The translations under genes were made by a program, and so were the position numbers. The notes under the pieces are model-generated. The model did no database searches, had not been told where the DNA came from, and saw only the letters and a program-made list of their open reading frames with translations. DNA of 64,000 nt from Chiloscyllium plagiosum (taxonomy: Eukaryota). Below, piece by piece: positions 63,287 to 64,000 of the stretch. Every line of letters starts with the position of its first letter. Within the stretch, counting starts at the first letter, position 1. The stretch lies in NCBI RefSeq assembly GCF_004010195.1, contig NC_057749.1, forward strand, positions 10,223,939-10,287,938, given 5' to 3'.

Positions 63287-64000
63287 TTAAGAAAATGGGA
63301 AAATGATTATTAAATGGTAAAACCATCATGGAATAAGACATGGGTGCCATTTTTCTCATTGAGCTTTTGAACTCAGCTCATCATTGTTCGACAAGGCGAA
63401 ATTTGGAAACCAACTGTTCTACTGCGTGGAAAGGTAAAACTAACAGGAGAGGCATTTCCATTGTGTCTCTATCTATTCCCATGAAATAACCTTACAGGAG
63501 GCTTGGGGAAAAAATGCATTCACTTCCTATCTCACCCACAATTATTTAATATCTGTGGGAGATGAAGACCAGGAGAAGAATATGACTTTCTGCACCCCCA
63601 GATCTGATTGCGTATTGGTGCCAATTAAATCCCTGACACCTGAGGCTTCCTTGGGCCGTCCAACTATCCATGTCACATGACCAAACACAGGCTTTGCCAA
63701 GTTCTAATAGTAGCAAAATCCAGAGTCTGTAGTGAAGAGAGCTAGAAAATCCAACAGTACTGTCCATTTTCTGTAGCATCTTCAGATTTGTGACTTATCA
63801 ACTTTGCCAATCCTACAGTACACTATGGGGGGGCGGGGGGCATACAACTTCTCAACAGCCCTCTTCACATTTTATGTTTTGGGGGACAAAGAGGGGAAAG
63901 AAGAGAAGACATGAACATTGTTAGCTTTATTTGATCAACTACATAGAAAGAGGTTTCTTAATGAGGATATAATTGTAGATACGTTCTCACCAACCTGTTC

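Overview
Vertebrate genomic DNA, almost certainly a shark (abundant HE1-type V-SINEs and CR1 LINE fragments). Three spliced genes can be reconstructed from GT-AG boundaries, reading phase and protein similarity. (1) The last three coding exons of a sorbitol dehydrogenase (SORD-like, +; 6265-6443, 10851-10972, 20832-21078). (2) An apparently complete dual oxidase maturation factor (DUOXA, -; ATG at 41979, six well-supported coding exons and a probable seventh ending at 29815). (3) The first five coding exons of dual oxidase (DUOX, +; ATG at about 52502), head-to-head with DUOXA. The rest is mostly repeats: SINEs, CR1/L2/Tx1 LINE pieces, Penelope-like elements with hammerhead-ribozyme motifs, a decayed Gypsy element and a Tigger-like MITE. 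There is one 280-N gap. The most unusual observations are a Cys-enriched SORD with a Gln/Cys-rich C-terminal extension, a ~97%-identical inverted copy of a DUOXA exon end plus splice donor inside the next intron, and several fold-back elements carrying minimal hammerhead cores. All comparisons with human proteins and exon sizes are from memory, not from a database search.
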